64,000 nucleotides of DNA. Origin: an uncultured virus (IMG/VR IMGVR_UViG_3300027151_000003) (Duplodnaviria > Heunggongvirae > Uroviricota > Caudoviricetes). Made by a program: the position numbers and the translations under genes. This document shows, in pieces, positions 48,908 to 58,376 of this stretch. The notes under the pieces are model-generated. The model made no database searches. It saw only the letters and a program-made list of their open reading frames with translations, and was not told where the DNA came from. The stretch's first letter is position 1; each line of letters starts with the position of its first letter. The DNA lies in IMG/VR virus record IMGVR_UViG_3300027151_000003; one strand, written 5' to 3'.

Positions 48908-49516
48908 ATGACAAGCAGCATAATCAATCGCCACTCAACACTGGCAACAGACCCGTTACGCTCGTTTCGGTTCTTCGCTAAGTTTGAGGTAGCAAAAGAC
49001 GGTAAAGTCTTTGATACAAAAATCACCACATGGTCTGGCGGATTTAGCAGTATCAGTGGGTTGAGTATCAATACTCAAGCCATTCAGTACCGTGAAGGTG
49101 GTTACAACACCACAGTACACCAGGTACCTGGTATGACTACCTTTACACCAATCACTATGCAACGTGGAGTATTGGCTGGTAATGACCAGGCAATCACATG
49201 GATGCGTGGTCTATTTGCAGCAGCATCTGGAGAAGGTATTGCTGTAAAGGGCGGCGCAGCAGGAGCTGCTGAAAGCTTCCGTGTTAACATCAAAGTGTTT
49301 GTAGCTGACCATCCAAACTCTGGGCCAACAGAGGCTCAGAAGTACAAGATGGGCTTCAAGATTCACAACGCATGGATTACTGCGCTAAACTATACAGACC
49401 TTAACGCAGCAGACGGCGCAATCTTGTTTGAGTCAATGACTCTAGTACATGAAGGCCTATCAGTCTTCTTTACTAAAGATGGCACTGAAGAAGACGCAGC
49501 AGGAAAAATTTCTTAA
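48908..49516 (+). CDS. Tail tube protein (T4 gp19-like)
   Basis: DPLRSFRF, YREGG, PGMTTFTPITMQRG, LVHEG. Confidence 0.92.
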   Translation: MTSSIINRHSTLATDPLRSFRFFAKFEVAKDGKVFDTKITTWSGGFSSISGLSINTQAIQYREGGYNTTVHQVPGMTTFTPITMQRGVLAGNDQAITWMRGLFAAASGEGIAVKGGAAGAAESFRVNIKVFVADHPNSGPTEAQKYKMGFKIHNAWITALNYTDLNAADGAILFESMTLVHEGLSVFFTKDGTEEDAAGKIS

Positions 49517-49541
49517 TTAACAACCCTTAGGAGCATAAATC

Positions 49542-50336
49542 GTGACTGATATTATTACAGACGCAGAACTAATACAGAAATTTGCAGCAAAGGCTATGGA
49601 GGAGCCCGCACAAGTCATTAAGACGCGGGCCCCTTCAGAGTCTTCTGTTAAGTTGCCAGGTGGTTTCATTGAGCCAAATGGTGAAGTATCCAACACAGTT
49701 GAGGTACGAGAACTTAACGGAGCTGACGAGGAAGCTGTAGCAAAAGCAGGTACCTCAGGTAAAGCTCTCAATGTACTTTTGCAAAGAGGCCTTGTAAAGA
49801 TTGGCTCTAGGAACGCCGAGAAGGAAGACCTAGACTCTATCTTAGCTGGCGACCGAGACACCATCCTTCTAGCAATTAGAAGAGTGACTTTCGGGGATGA
49901 CATTAACCTTACCGCACGTTGTCGTGACTGCGGAGACTCTCAAGAGGTTTCTGTGTCTTTAGGCTCTGATGTTCCAGAAGTGGAACTAAAAGACCCAAAG
50001 GAAGATAGAACTTTTGAAATAGAAACAAAGAAGGGTAAGGCTGTAGTAGCCCTACCTAACGGTGTGACTCAAAGAAAGCTCATGGAGAACTTTGAAAGAA
50101 CACCTGCTGAAGTAAACACTATTTTACTAGCTGGTTGCTTAGTATCACTAGACGGAGAACCATCTGAAGGTGCTATAACTGCTTTATCTTTAGGTATGGC
50201 AGATAGAACCAAGCTTGTTGATGAAATCATCAAGCGTAACCCAGGTCCACGCCTTGGGGAGGTGACCAAGGCTTGTAAGGCATGTGGTGAGTTAATGGCT
50301 CTTCCGCTGTCCTTGCTTGACTTGTTTCGCATTTAG
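49542..50336 (+). CDS. Tail or baseplate assembly chaperone
   Basis: VRELNGADEE, GDRDTILLAIRRVTFG, two CxxC; between tube and tape measure. Confidence 0.8.
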   Translation: MTDIITDAELIQKFAAKAMEEPAQVIKTRAPSESSVKLPGGFIEPNGEVSNTVEVRELNGADEEAVAKAGTSGKALNVLLQRGLVKIGSRNAEKEDLDSILAGDRDTILLAIRRVTFGDDINLTARCRDCGDSQEVSVSLGSDVPEVELKDPKEDRTFEIETKKGKAVVALPNGVTQRKLMENFERTPAEVNTILLAGCLVSLDGEPSEGAITALSLGMADRTKLVDEIIKRNPGPRLGEVTKACKACGELMALPLSLLDLFRI

Positions 50337-50475
50337 TGAAACAGATTACGAAAGCCTGTTAGACCAGTACGAAATTCTTACAAGAACTTTTGCTGGTTGG
50401 TCACTATCAGATATAAGAAGCCTCTCACCCAGAGAGCGTCTTAATTGGTTAGAGCGTTCTAGAAGGACTAGATAA
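50326..50475 (+). CDS. Probable +1 frameshift extension of the chaperone (G-T-like)
   Basis: +1 frame open past the stop, GWSLSDIRSLSPRERLNW, ends in TAATG coupled to tape measure; no good independent start. Confidence 0.6.
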   Translation, partial: FAFSETDYESLLDQYEILTRTFAGWSLSDIRSLSPRERLNWLERSRRTR

Positions 50476-52730
50476 TGTTAAATATGCCTAGCAGTTCCAG
50501 TAGTGGAAATGCTGCAAATAATATGCAGCGGTTTGAACAATCAAGCCGTGGTGCTCACTCTACCCTTTTACAAATGGCTAGCACCATTGAGTACAGAATC
50601 AACAGCTCACTTAACGCTGCTGAAACAAAAATCACCCGCATGGGTGCAAAATTTAAAAATGCCTTTAGCGGTATTGGTGGCCCAGGTGGCGCCAATACTG
50701 TTATGGCTGGTCCTACTTTCTCTACTCCACAAGCAGGTGGACCAGGCGGCCCCGCTGGCCCAGGTGGCCCAGGTGGTACAGGTCCTGCTGCTGCAGGTGC
50801 CCCTCAAGGTGGCGGAAATACAAATGTCTTCAGACAACCATCACCTGCGCAAATAGCTGCAGCTGGTGTCACTGCCGCTGCAATGGCTATGCCAGGAACA
50901 GACGATGCATTTAAAGCACAGCTATATACATCACGCGCTGCTATCTCTTTAGGTGGCGGAGGTCGAGTTCAAGCAGGTATGCCAGGTGTACTTGGTGGCC
51001 TCTCTGACATGAGCGGCAAGAACGGTGCTTACGACCAAACACGAGACTTCTTAAACAAAATAGCAAAAGCTGGCTTGATGAAAGACCCTCTTGATAATAT
51101 GCGAATGATGGCTACCTTTGCACAAGGCGGTATCTATGGCGGTAATCAACAGAACATGCAACAAGTAGCTATGGGTTCTGCAGTTTTATCTAACATGACC
51201 CCTGGTATGGGTGGAGAAGGTGCTGCACAAGCAGTGGGCGCAATGAACCGCGGTAGAAGCGTTAACATGTTAAGAGCTGTAGGCATTAGAGTTCGTGATG
51301 AAAACGGAATGCCCCGTGACCCAAGAGCAATTATTGATGACTTGTGGAACAAACTTGAAAGTCAAAAGAGACGCACTGGTGGGTCTGGTTCTACTCTTAA
51401 TGATATTAAACTTTCTTTATTACCTGGTAACGCTATTGCTACCATGCTTGACAACCTTTTTGGTAATGACCCGTACCTAAGAAAAATGATTGAAGACGGA
51501 CTTCTACTTAAGGCGTCTACAGGCGGAGCACAGTTTGCTGGTATGAGCGGCGATAGGATGAAGAAACTATCCCAAGACGCAGGTCTTTCAACCTTTGCTG
51601 CAAATATGCAGGGACAAAGAACAGCTCAAGCATCAGAGTTTATCTCTACAACAGCCCCAGCTATTGCTGACGCTAAAGGTAGAGCAGACCAACTTATGTC
51701 TTATGTAAGTGGCTTCTTTACTGAAATGGATAAGTTTACTGGTCTTATATCTGCTCTTGGCGCAACGAAAGGTTTCTTTGAAACACTAGGTAGCGGCGGT
51801 AATGGAGCACTTAGTGCTCTTACTGGTTTCTTAGTTGGTAACCCTTTATCAAGGGGAATTGCGGGATTGTTTAAAGCTGAGGGCGGAGACGTAGATGAAA
51901 AGAGCCCTTACATTGTTGGAGAGCGCGGACCAGAACTATTTGTACCTAAAGAAGATGGTTACATTGTTCCTAACCATGATTTAAAGAACTACCCATTCCG
52001 CGGTGACGGTGGTTGGGTGTTTGGTAAGGATACAAAACTAAGTGATAAATCTTCAAACGAAGACTTTGCTAAAGCATTTTTAAAGAAAATTGGGGCTCCT
52101 CAAAGCCAAGACTCTATTGATGCTTTAAAGATATGGCAGAACCATGAGGGTGGTCACTTTAAAAACTCTGCTAAGTACAACCCACTTAATACGACTTTAG
52201 GTGGCAAGTACGGTTCAGAGTCTATGAACCACGTAGGCGTAAAGGTTTATAAGAGCTGGGAAGATGGGCTTAATGCAACTATCGATACCCTTACTGGTAA
52301 GAGCGCAGACAAGCGCGGATATACAGACATTATTGAAGCGTTAAAAGCGGGTAAGAGTAAAGAAGATATTCTTGCTGCTATTAATAGTTCTGCTTGGGTT
52401 ACAGGTAAAGTTGGTGGAAGTCCATATAATTTTGACGGCAAGACAACCCCAACAACTAACTCTGGTTGGTCTGGGATGCTTCCTGGCTCTAATAAAGATG
52501 GAGCTAGTGGAGTTTCTCTTGAAGACTACATCAATAAACAAACGTTAAAAAGTTTTGCTTCTGCAACCAAAGCTCAGTCTTTTGCTGAACCAGCCTCTTC
52601 TGCTAATACGTACAACATGGGTGGAGTAACTATTAAAATTGAAGGTGGCGGAAACCCAGGTGCAACAGCAGAAGCTCTTAAGCAGCTTCTATCTAGCCAA
52701 AACTTTAGCAAGCAACTAGGAGGACAGTAA
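50475..52730 (+). CDS. Tape measure protein with C-terminal muralytic-like domain
   Basis: Helical Ala/Gly-rich body; AEGG...YIVGERGPELFVP; HEGG..YNPLNTT..YKSWEDG. Confidence 0.8.
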   Translation: MLNMPSSSSSGNAANNMQRFEQSSRGAHSTLLQMASTIEYRINSSLNAAETKITRMGAKFKNAFSGIGGPGGANTVMAGPTFSTPQAGGPGGPAGPGGPGGTGPAAAGAPQGGGNTNVFRQPSPAQIAAAGVTAAAMAMPGTDDAFKAQLYTSRAAISLGGGGRVQAGMPGVLGGLSDMSGKNGAYDQTRDFLNKIAKAGLMKDPLDNMRMMATFAQGGIYGGNQQNMQQVAMGSAVLSNMTPGMGGEGAAQAVGAMNRGRSVNMLRAVGIRVRDENGMPRDPRAIIDDLWNKLESQKRRTGGSGSTLNDIKLSLLPGNAIATMLDNLFGNDPYLRKMIEDGLLLKASTGGAQFAGMSGDRMKKLSQDAGLSTFAANMQGQRTAQASEFISTTAPAIADAKGRADQLMSYVSGFFTEMDKFTGLISALGATKGFFETLGSGGNGALSALTGFLVGNPLSRGIAGLFKAEGGDVDEKSPYIVGERGPELFVPKEDGYIVPNHDLKNYPFRGDGGWVFGKDTKLSDKSSNEDFAKAFLKKIGAPQSQDSIDALKIWQNHEGGHFKNSAKYNPLNTTLGGKYGSESMNHVGVKVYKSWEDGLNATIDTLTGKSADKRGYTDIIEALKAGKSKEDILAAINSSAWVTGKVGGSPYNFDGKTTPTTNSGWSGMLPGSNKDGASGVSLEDYINKQTLKSFASATKAQSFAEPASSANTYNMGGVTIKIEGGGNPGATAEALKQLLSSQNFSKQLGGQ

Positions 52731-54115
52731 TGCCATTGCCATTAGCAGTGCCACTAGCACTAGGAGCAATACGTATTGGTGCCGCAGTCCTTGCTCGCTC
52801 ACGTGCAGTAAGCGTGGCCAAAGTTGCGGTTAACGTTACTAAGACTGGAATAAAAAGTAATAAAACTACTGTTTTAAAATTAAGCAAAAACCCAGGAGTA
52901 AAAACTGCTGTTGTTAAAACAACTAAGAGCAAAGCAGGCACTACACTCAAGGGTGCTACAGCGGTTGCTGCTCCAAGCTTGGCTTCAAAGATTTATGGTT
53001 TTACAAGAGCTGGTATAGCCACTGCGGCTCGTGGTAGCGCTGGTCCTGTTGGTACTGGTGTTGCAGCTATTGGTGCACTAGCTTTAACTAAAATGTTAGC
53101 TAATAAAAACAAGACTGGTGCTGGGCCTAGCGGTTCTGGGGGGTCTGGCGGTAAAGGTGGAAAGGGTGGAAAAGGTGGAAAGGGTAAAGGCGTTAAAAAG
53201 ACACCCCCAATTCCTACCCCTAATGGTTACAGTTTTAATCTTCCTCCACACAACTGGAGTCTTCCAACAAGAGCTCAGGATGTTATACCAGGCGATGTAG
53301 GTGGACAAGGTTACGCGTTTCACGGTAATCGACGCGGACGTATTTGGTATTACGACAATGCTGCTTCAACAACATCTATTGATAGAACAACTGGTGAAGT
53401 TAGTAAAATTGGAGATAAACGCAAAACAGAAACTGGAAACTCAACTTATAAACCTGAGGGCACTTCAATAGTTGGAGACTCAACATATAAATATGGATTC
53501 CAATTTTTGTGGAACCCTGAGTCTGTCTCAGTTAGCGTTAACCGAAACATGGATATTACTCCTTCGGCTAGCGATGTTTACACTTCAGTATCTGGTGCAT
53601 TTCCTGGCCAAGAGAGCGTTAGTTTATCTATTACATTAGATAGAACTAACGATTTTGCGTGTCTTAGAAACTTCTATCATAATGCTGGAACCCTTAATGA
53701 TGGAAACTACATAGACTTTACTCAATACTATACAAACGGTGGTAAGCACCCGTTAGCAAAAATTGAAGATTACTCACTACAGATTAAAAAACTTGCTGAA
53801 CTTGGAACAATGGCGGACCTTGAGTATCTATTCAAAGCTATAAATGGTGATGGAAAGTTTGGAAACCAAGCAGCAGATGGTTGGGTAAACATGCTAGGAA
53901 AAAAGACAGCTGACCTAGGATACTTACAACCTACGCTTTTAGCCTTTGAATTGGGTGGAGATACTAATAATTTTAGTTCAATGAATAGCCTGTCTTATGT
54001 TGGATGGGCAAGTTCTTTATCTATTAATCACACATCTTTTGCTGAAAACATGGTCCCTCTAAGAACAGTAGTAAGCATCTCGTTTGATTGCTTTGCTGGC
54101 TCAATGATTGTATAG
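52730..54115 (+). CDS. Baseplate or tube-initiator-like protein
   Basis: FQFLWNPESVS, GTMADLEYL, MVPLRTVV. Confidence 0.65.
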   Translation: MPLPLAVPLALGAIRIGAAVLARSRAVSVAKVAVNVTKTGIKSNKTTVLKLSKNPGVKTAVVKTTKSKAGTTLKGATAVAAPSLASKIYGFTRAGIATAARGSAGPVGTGVAAIGALALTKMLANKNKTGAGPSGSGGSGGKGGKGGKGGKGKGVKKTPPIPTPNGYSFNLPPHNWSLPTRAQDVIPGDVGGQGYAFHGNRRGRIWYYDNAASTTSIDRTTGEVSKIGDKRKTETGNSTYKPEGTSIVGDSTYKYGFQFLWNPESVSVSVNRNMDITPSASDVYTSVSGAFPGQESVSLSITLDRTNDFACLRNFYHNAGTLNDGNYIDFTQYYTNGGKHPLAKIEDYSLQIKKLAELGTMADLEYLFKAINGDGKFGNQAADGWVNMLGKKTADLGYLQPTLLAFELGGDTNNFSSMNSLSYVGWASSLSINHTSFAENMVPLRTVVSISFDCFAGSMIV

Positions 54116-54124
54116 GAGATATCT

Positions 54125-54403
54125 ATGATAAAAGCAGGCTCTAGGTACGAGTTTTCTTTAGTTGATTTTTACTCTGTAGAAGCTGGCGCAAGTAAAAACC
54201 CAGTTGTGTTTTATGATTTTACCGAACTTGGTTACGTAACTTACGATACTCATAAATACATAACAGGGGAAAGACTAGACTCTATAGCTGAAAAGTACTA
54301 CAGACGACCAAGCCTATGGTGGTTGATTGCTGAGTTTAATCCTGAAATAGATGACTTTGAGAATATACCTAATGGAGCAATTCTAAGGATACCTAATGTC
54401 TAA
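54125..54403 (+). CDS. LysM or tail X-like baseplate protein
   Basis: GERLDSIAEKYY..LWWLIAEFNP..GAILRIP. Confidence 0.85.
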   Translation: MIKAGSRYEFSLVDFYSVEAGASKNPVVFYDFTELGYVTYDTHKYITGERLDSIAEKYYRRPSLWWLIAEFNPEIDDFENIPNGAILRIPNV

Positions 54404-55736
54404 TCAGGTACGAATTTCATTTCCTAATGGTGCTGATGACCCAACCTATGTATATTCAGCAACCTTAAAACAAAAGTTTTATGAGCATGAGGTAGCGGAG
54501 TTTACATTTAAAGACTGGGGATACGATTACGACAACATCCGACCAGGAACTCCAGTAGAAGCATCGTTCTTATCTATGGTAAATAGTAGAGACTTCTACG
54601 GGTACATTCACCATGTAGAGACTGACCAAACAGCGGGTAAAAACTTTATTACGGTTACCTGTATTGGTGGGTCTTTCCCATTAAAGCAGGCATCTCAAGG
54701 AGTGTACAAAGGCTACACAGCCGATATGGTTGTAGACGAGATTGCTAGTAAGCATGGTCTTGTTGCTATAACTAACCCTCACCCCAGAGTGTTTGAACAG
54801 ATATCTCATCCTGGGTTAACTGATTGGCAGATGCTTGTTAAGTTAGCTAAACAAATTGGATGGGGTTTAAGAACTGAAAATACTGAAGTATACCTAAAAC
54901 CTTTATTAGAAGACTATAAAGAACTTAGGGCTGAAGCACCTACTTTTACCCAAATACAGGTTGGTATGGGTCTCGGTAGCATCTATACTTTTAAACCAAT
55001 TATTAGTGAGTCTTTAAGTTTTGATGGAGACATGAAAGCTGCTGTAGCTGTGGGCGGTGTAGATAAAAATAGTAAGTCTGCATATGCCGCTACTAAACAA
55101 AAAAGAAATAAAAGAACACGAGCAAAGTCTCAAGAAGAATTTTTTGATAGGTATAACACAGACGCTGTTACTACAAACGCCGAGATTGCAGAATATGAGG
55201 CTGAAGCAGCAGAGCTAAGAAACGCGTTTCCATATAGAGCCGAAGCTGAGCTTATGGGCAGCCCGTCACTAAGACCAGGTATGCCAATTTATTTAAATGG
55301 TTTGGGACCTAACTACTCTGGGTTTTGGACTGTACTAAGTACAGAGCATAAGATTAAAGAAGAAACAGTAAAGAACTATGTTTACACAACTGTTGTTACT
55401 TTGGGCACTGATGGACTAGGTCAGGCTAACCGTTGGGAAGATGGGCAGGATATACAAAACCCTGTAGGTGAAAACCGTGTCATTATTCCTAATAAGAAAA
55501 ACACCAAAGTGAAGGCAAAGACTAAACTTGTTCGGACGGGAATTAAGTACACGCCTACAACAAAGGATAGTTTTGGAAAGATTAAAAATAGAAATAAACT
55601 AACCACTGCTAACAACAGCGCAGCTGTTTGGAAGACTGCAAACAAAGCAGTTGGAAAACGGACTGCCTCTACAGAACCAAAACGTACGGCTGCAACTGCC
55701 GCACGTGTGGCTAAGGCGGTGGCAAGAACTCGATGA
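54396..55736 (+). CDS. Baseplate hub (gpD/gp27-like)
   Basis: TDWQMLVKLA, GSPSLRPGMPIYLNGLG..SGFW. Confidence 0.8.
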   Translation: MSNQVRISFPNGADDPTYVYSATLKQKFYEHEVAEFTFKDWGYDYDNIRPGTPVEASFLSMVNSRDFYGYIHHVETDQTAGKNFITVTCIGGSFPLKQASQGVYKGYTADMVVDEIASKHGLVAITNPHPRVFEQISHPGLTDWQMLVKLAKQIGWGLRTENTEVYLKPLLEDYKELRAEAPTFTQIQVGMGLGSIYTFKPIISESLSFDGDMKAAVAVGGVDKNSKSAYAATKQKRNKRTRAKSQEEFFDRYNTDAVTTNAEIAEYEAEAAELRNAFPYRAEAELMGSPSLRPGMPIYLNGLGPNYSGFWTVLSTEHKIKEETVKNYVYTTVVTLGTDGLGQANRWEDGQDIQNPVGENRVIIPNKKNTKVKAKTKLVRTGIKYTPTTKDSFGKIKNRNKLTTANNSAAVWKTANKAVGKRTASTEPKRTAATAARVAKAVARTR

Positions 55737-56257
55737 AAGAATACAACGCTAAGTTCTATGGACTATACGAAGGTATCTGTGCTGAGAACGATGACCCTGA
55801 AGGTGAGAACAAGATTAAACTTCAGGTTCCTCAGGTCATGGGGCAGGAGATGACAGAGTGGGCTAGACCATGCCTGCCTGTAACCTCTAACTCTAATCAC
55901 CCTGACCATAAGAAGCATCTAGCTGTTGAAGTAGCTGCCTTACTTAACGCTCATGCTGACCATGCAATTTCAGGGACCACTGGCGGAGCTACAGTTGCTA
56001 CTTTTGGTTCTCATACTCACAGCTTTAGCTATACAGCGGCACACACTAATAACCACACAGGTAACAGCCTAAGCCTTGACCATGCTCATGAGACTGATGC
56101 CAATACAGATAACAAGTGGAATGACGATTTAGAAATAACTACAGAGTTCCCTGAGCACACGCCACACAGGCTGGTGCCAGCGGTAGGACAAAAGGTTTGG
56201 GTTATGTTTATTGCTGGAGACCCTAACTTTCCAGTATGGATGGGAGTAGAACTATGA
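55733..56257 (+). CDS. Baseplate spike gp5/gpV OB-fold protein with His-rich insertion
   Basis: YGLYEGIC..NDDPE..IKLQVP, WARPC, PAVGQKVWVMFIAGDPNFPVWMG. Confidence 0.85.
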   Translation: MKEYNAKFYGLYEGICAENDDPEGENKIKLQVPQVMGQEMTEWARPCLPVTSNSNHPDHKKHLAVEVAALLNAHADHAISGTTGGATVATFGSHTHSFSYTAAHTNNHTGNSLSLDHAHETDANTDNKWNDDLEITTEFPEHTPHRLVPAVGQKVWVMFIAGDPNFPVWMGVEL

Positions 56258-56664
56258 GTGATGTATCAACGGCTATAAGCTTGCCGTTTTCTTTTAACTC
56301 AAACGGGTCAATTGCTGCAACAAGCGACCCTAAAAAGATATGGCAAGACCGAGTTGTTATTGCGGTTATGACTGCTTATGGTGAACGAGTTATGCGTCCA
56401 AACTTTGGAAGCGGAGCTAAGAGTGCTGTTTTTGAACCAGAAGACATTGCCAAGAGCTTAATTAATCAGGCTGTAACAACAGCCTTTGGTATGTGGTTAA
56501 AGCCATTAACGTTAACTAAGGTTGTGTATTACTTAGACAGTAGCGAACAACATTACTTTAACGTATTTTATACGTATGCAGGAGACACAATAAGCGAGAG
56601 TGTAACGATAAAGACTGCTATCCTAAGCAGAGCAGGAGAGACACTACTGGAGGTGCCTAGATAA
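56254..56664 (+). CDS. Baseplate wedge gp25-like protein
   Basis: TAYGERVMRPNFGS. Confidence 0.9.
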   Translation: MSDVSTAISLPFSFNSNGSIAATSDPKKIWQDRVVIAVMTAYGERVMRPNFGSGAKSAVFEPEDIAKSLINQAVTTAFGMWLKPLTLTKVVYYLDSSEQHYFNVFYTYAGDTISESVTIKTAILSRAGETLLEVPR

Positions 56665-58376
56665 TGGCTGACGATAACTACATCCCCCAAGTTGATTATA
56701 CGTCTAGAGACTACTCGTCTATACGAGAAGACTTAATTGAGTTAATCCCGTACTACGCCCCTCAATGGACTAACCGCGACCCCGCGGATTTTGGCATGAC
56801 CTTATTGGAGTTGTTCTCTTATATTGGCGATGGTTTGCACTACTACATTGACCGTACAGCAAACGAGTCCTTTATTGAGACCGCTAGCCAAAGAGAGTCT
56901 GTACTTCAGATTGCCCGTTTACTTGGGTATACTCCAACAAGAACAACCCCATCCGAAGTACTTCTTACTTTTCAAAATTCTTCGGCCAGTATTATCACTG
57001 TACCAAAGCGCACAAAAGTTGCAGCTAACGTAACCAGTAACGGTGTCACTACTCAAGTTATATTTGAAACAGATAGTGCAGTTACCGTCCCAGCTAAATC
57101 TGCAGGTAACAACGGCTCTAATACTGTAACTGCTACACAAGGCGAGACTATTGAAGCAGAGACCATTGGAACATCTGATGGAAGCGCTAATCAAGTCTTT
57201 GAACTTGGAGAACTTTCAGCGATTAAAGGAAGTATTTTAATTGACGTTAACGGAGTTATTTATACAGAGGTTCCTTACCTAGTTGACTACAGCGGATACG
57301 ACCCAGTATTTTCTACTTATACAAACTCTGATGGCACCACCTTTATTCAATTTGGCGATAGCATCAGTGGAAGAATTCCACTCAATGGTGTAAGCCTTGA
57401 AGCTACCTACCGCGTTGGTGGTGGAACTTCTGGAAATATTGCTGCTAACACAATTAAGTTTATTAAAACTAACGCTTCGAATGGTTTGTCTGTAAGTAAC
57501 CAGGACTCAGGTTTAATATCTGGTGCTGCGGCTGGCGGTGCGGATGAAGAGTCAACAGACTCTATCCGTATTAACGCTCCTAAGAGTATTAGAGCTTTGA
57601 ACAGAGCGGTGTCACTAAGTGACTACGCATCACTTGTAATTCAAGTATCAGGTGTAGCTAAAGCTATATCTGTTGCAAATGTGTATAGCAGCGTAACTGT
57701 TTACTTTGCTCCTTATGGAGACAGTGGCTTACAAAGCGATGGTATTACAACATCTGTAGTCTTTAACAACTTAAAGACTGAGATTGATGAATACCTAGTC
57801 GATAAGATTCCTGCTGGAACTACAGTAACCCTTCAACCACCTACTTATGTTCCAGTCACTGTTGCTGGAGGCATTATTGTTCTACCTACCTATCGACAGG
57901 ATAAGGTACTAGAAGATGTTAAATCCGCAGTTCAAAACCTGTTTGATTTTAATAACGTAGTGTTTAATGATTACATTAGTTACTCTGATGTATTAAAAGC
58001 TATGGATGGAGTTGAAGGAGTTAGCCGTGCTAACCTTCAAAAGCTTGTAAGAACAGCTAGCGACCAGACATTTACGGTGACTAATAAAGTGCTTAGCGGC
58101 GGGGTTGCAACATTAACAACTTCTATAAACCACAACGTAACTGTTGGTCAGTTCATATCTGTTACTGGTGTAGATAGTACTTTTAATGGTGTTGCAAGAG
58201 TAACAGCTAAGGCAGCTAATACAATTTCGTATGAGGTTCTTGCCACTAACGTGAGCACTGCTGCTTCTGCTGGCTCTATTACTGTTTATGAAGTTAACGA
58301 CATTGAATGTGCTAAGAGCGAGCTTCCAACACTTTCAAGTCTAACTGTTGGCGCTTCTGGAGGTATTACTCTCTAA
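56664..58376 (+). CDS. Baseplate J-like protein
   Basis: DYTSRDY, DFGMTLLELF, GGADEES, RAVSLSDY. Confidence 0.92.
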   Translation: MADDNYIPQVDYTSRDYSSIREDLIELIPYYAPQWTNRDPADFGMTLLELFSYIGDGLHYYIDRTANESFIETASQRESVLQIARLLGYTPTRTTPSEVLLTFQNSSASIITVPKRTKVAANVTSNGVTTQVIFETDSAVTVPAKSAGNNGSNTVTATQGETIEAETIGTSDGSANQVFELGELSAIKGSILIDVNGVIYTEVPYLVDYSGYDPVFSTYTNSDGTTFIQFGDSISGRIPLNGVSLEATYRVGGGTSGNIAANTIKFIKTNASNGLSVSNQDSGLISGAAAGGADEESTDSIRINAPKSIRALNRAVSLSDYASLVIQVSGVAKAISVANVYSSVTVYFAPYGDSGLQSDGITTSVVFNNLKTEIDEYLVDKIPAGTTVTLQPPTYVPVTVAGGIIVLPTYRQDKVLEDVKSAVQNLFDFNNVVFNDYISYSDVLKAMDGVEGVSRANLQKLVRTASDQTFTVTNKVLSGGVATLTTSINHNVTVGQFISVTGVDSTFNGVARVTAKAANTISYEVLATNVSTAASAGSITVYEVNDIECAKSELPTLSSLTVGASGGITL

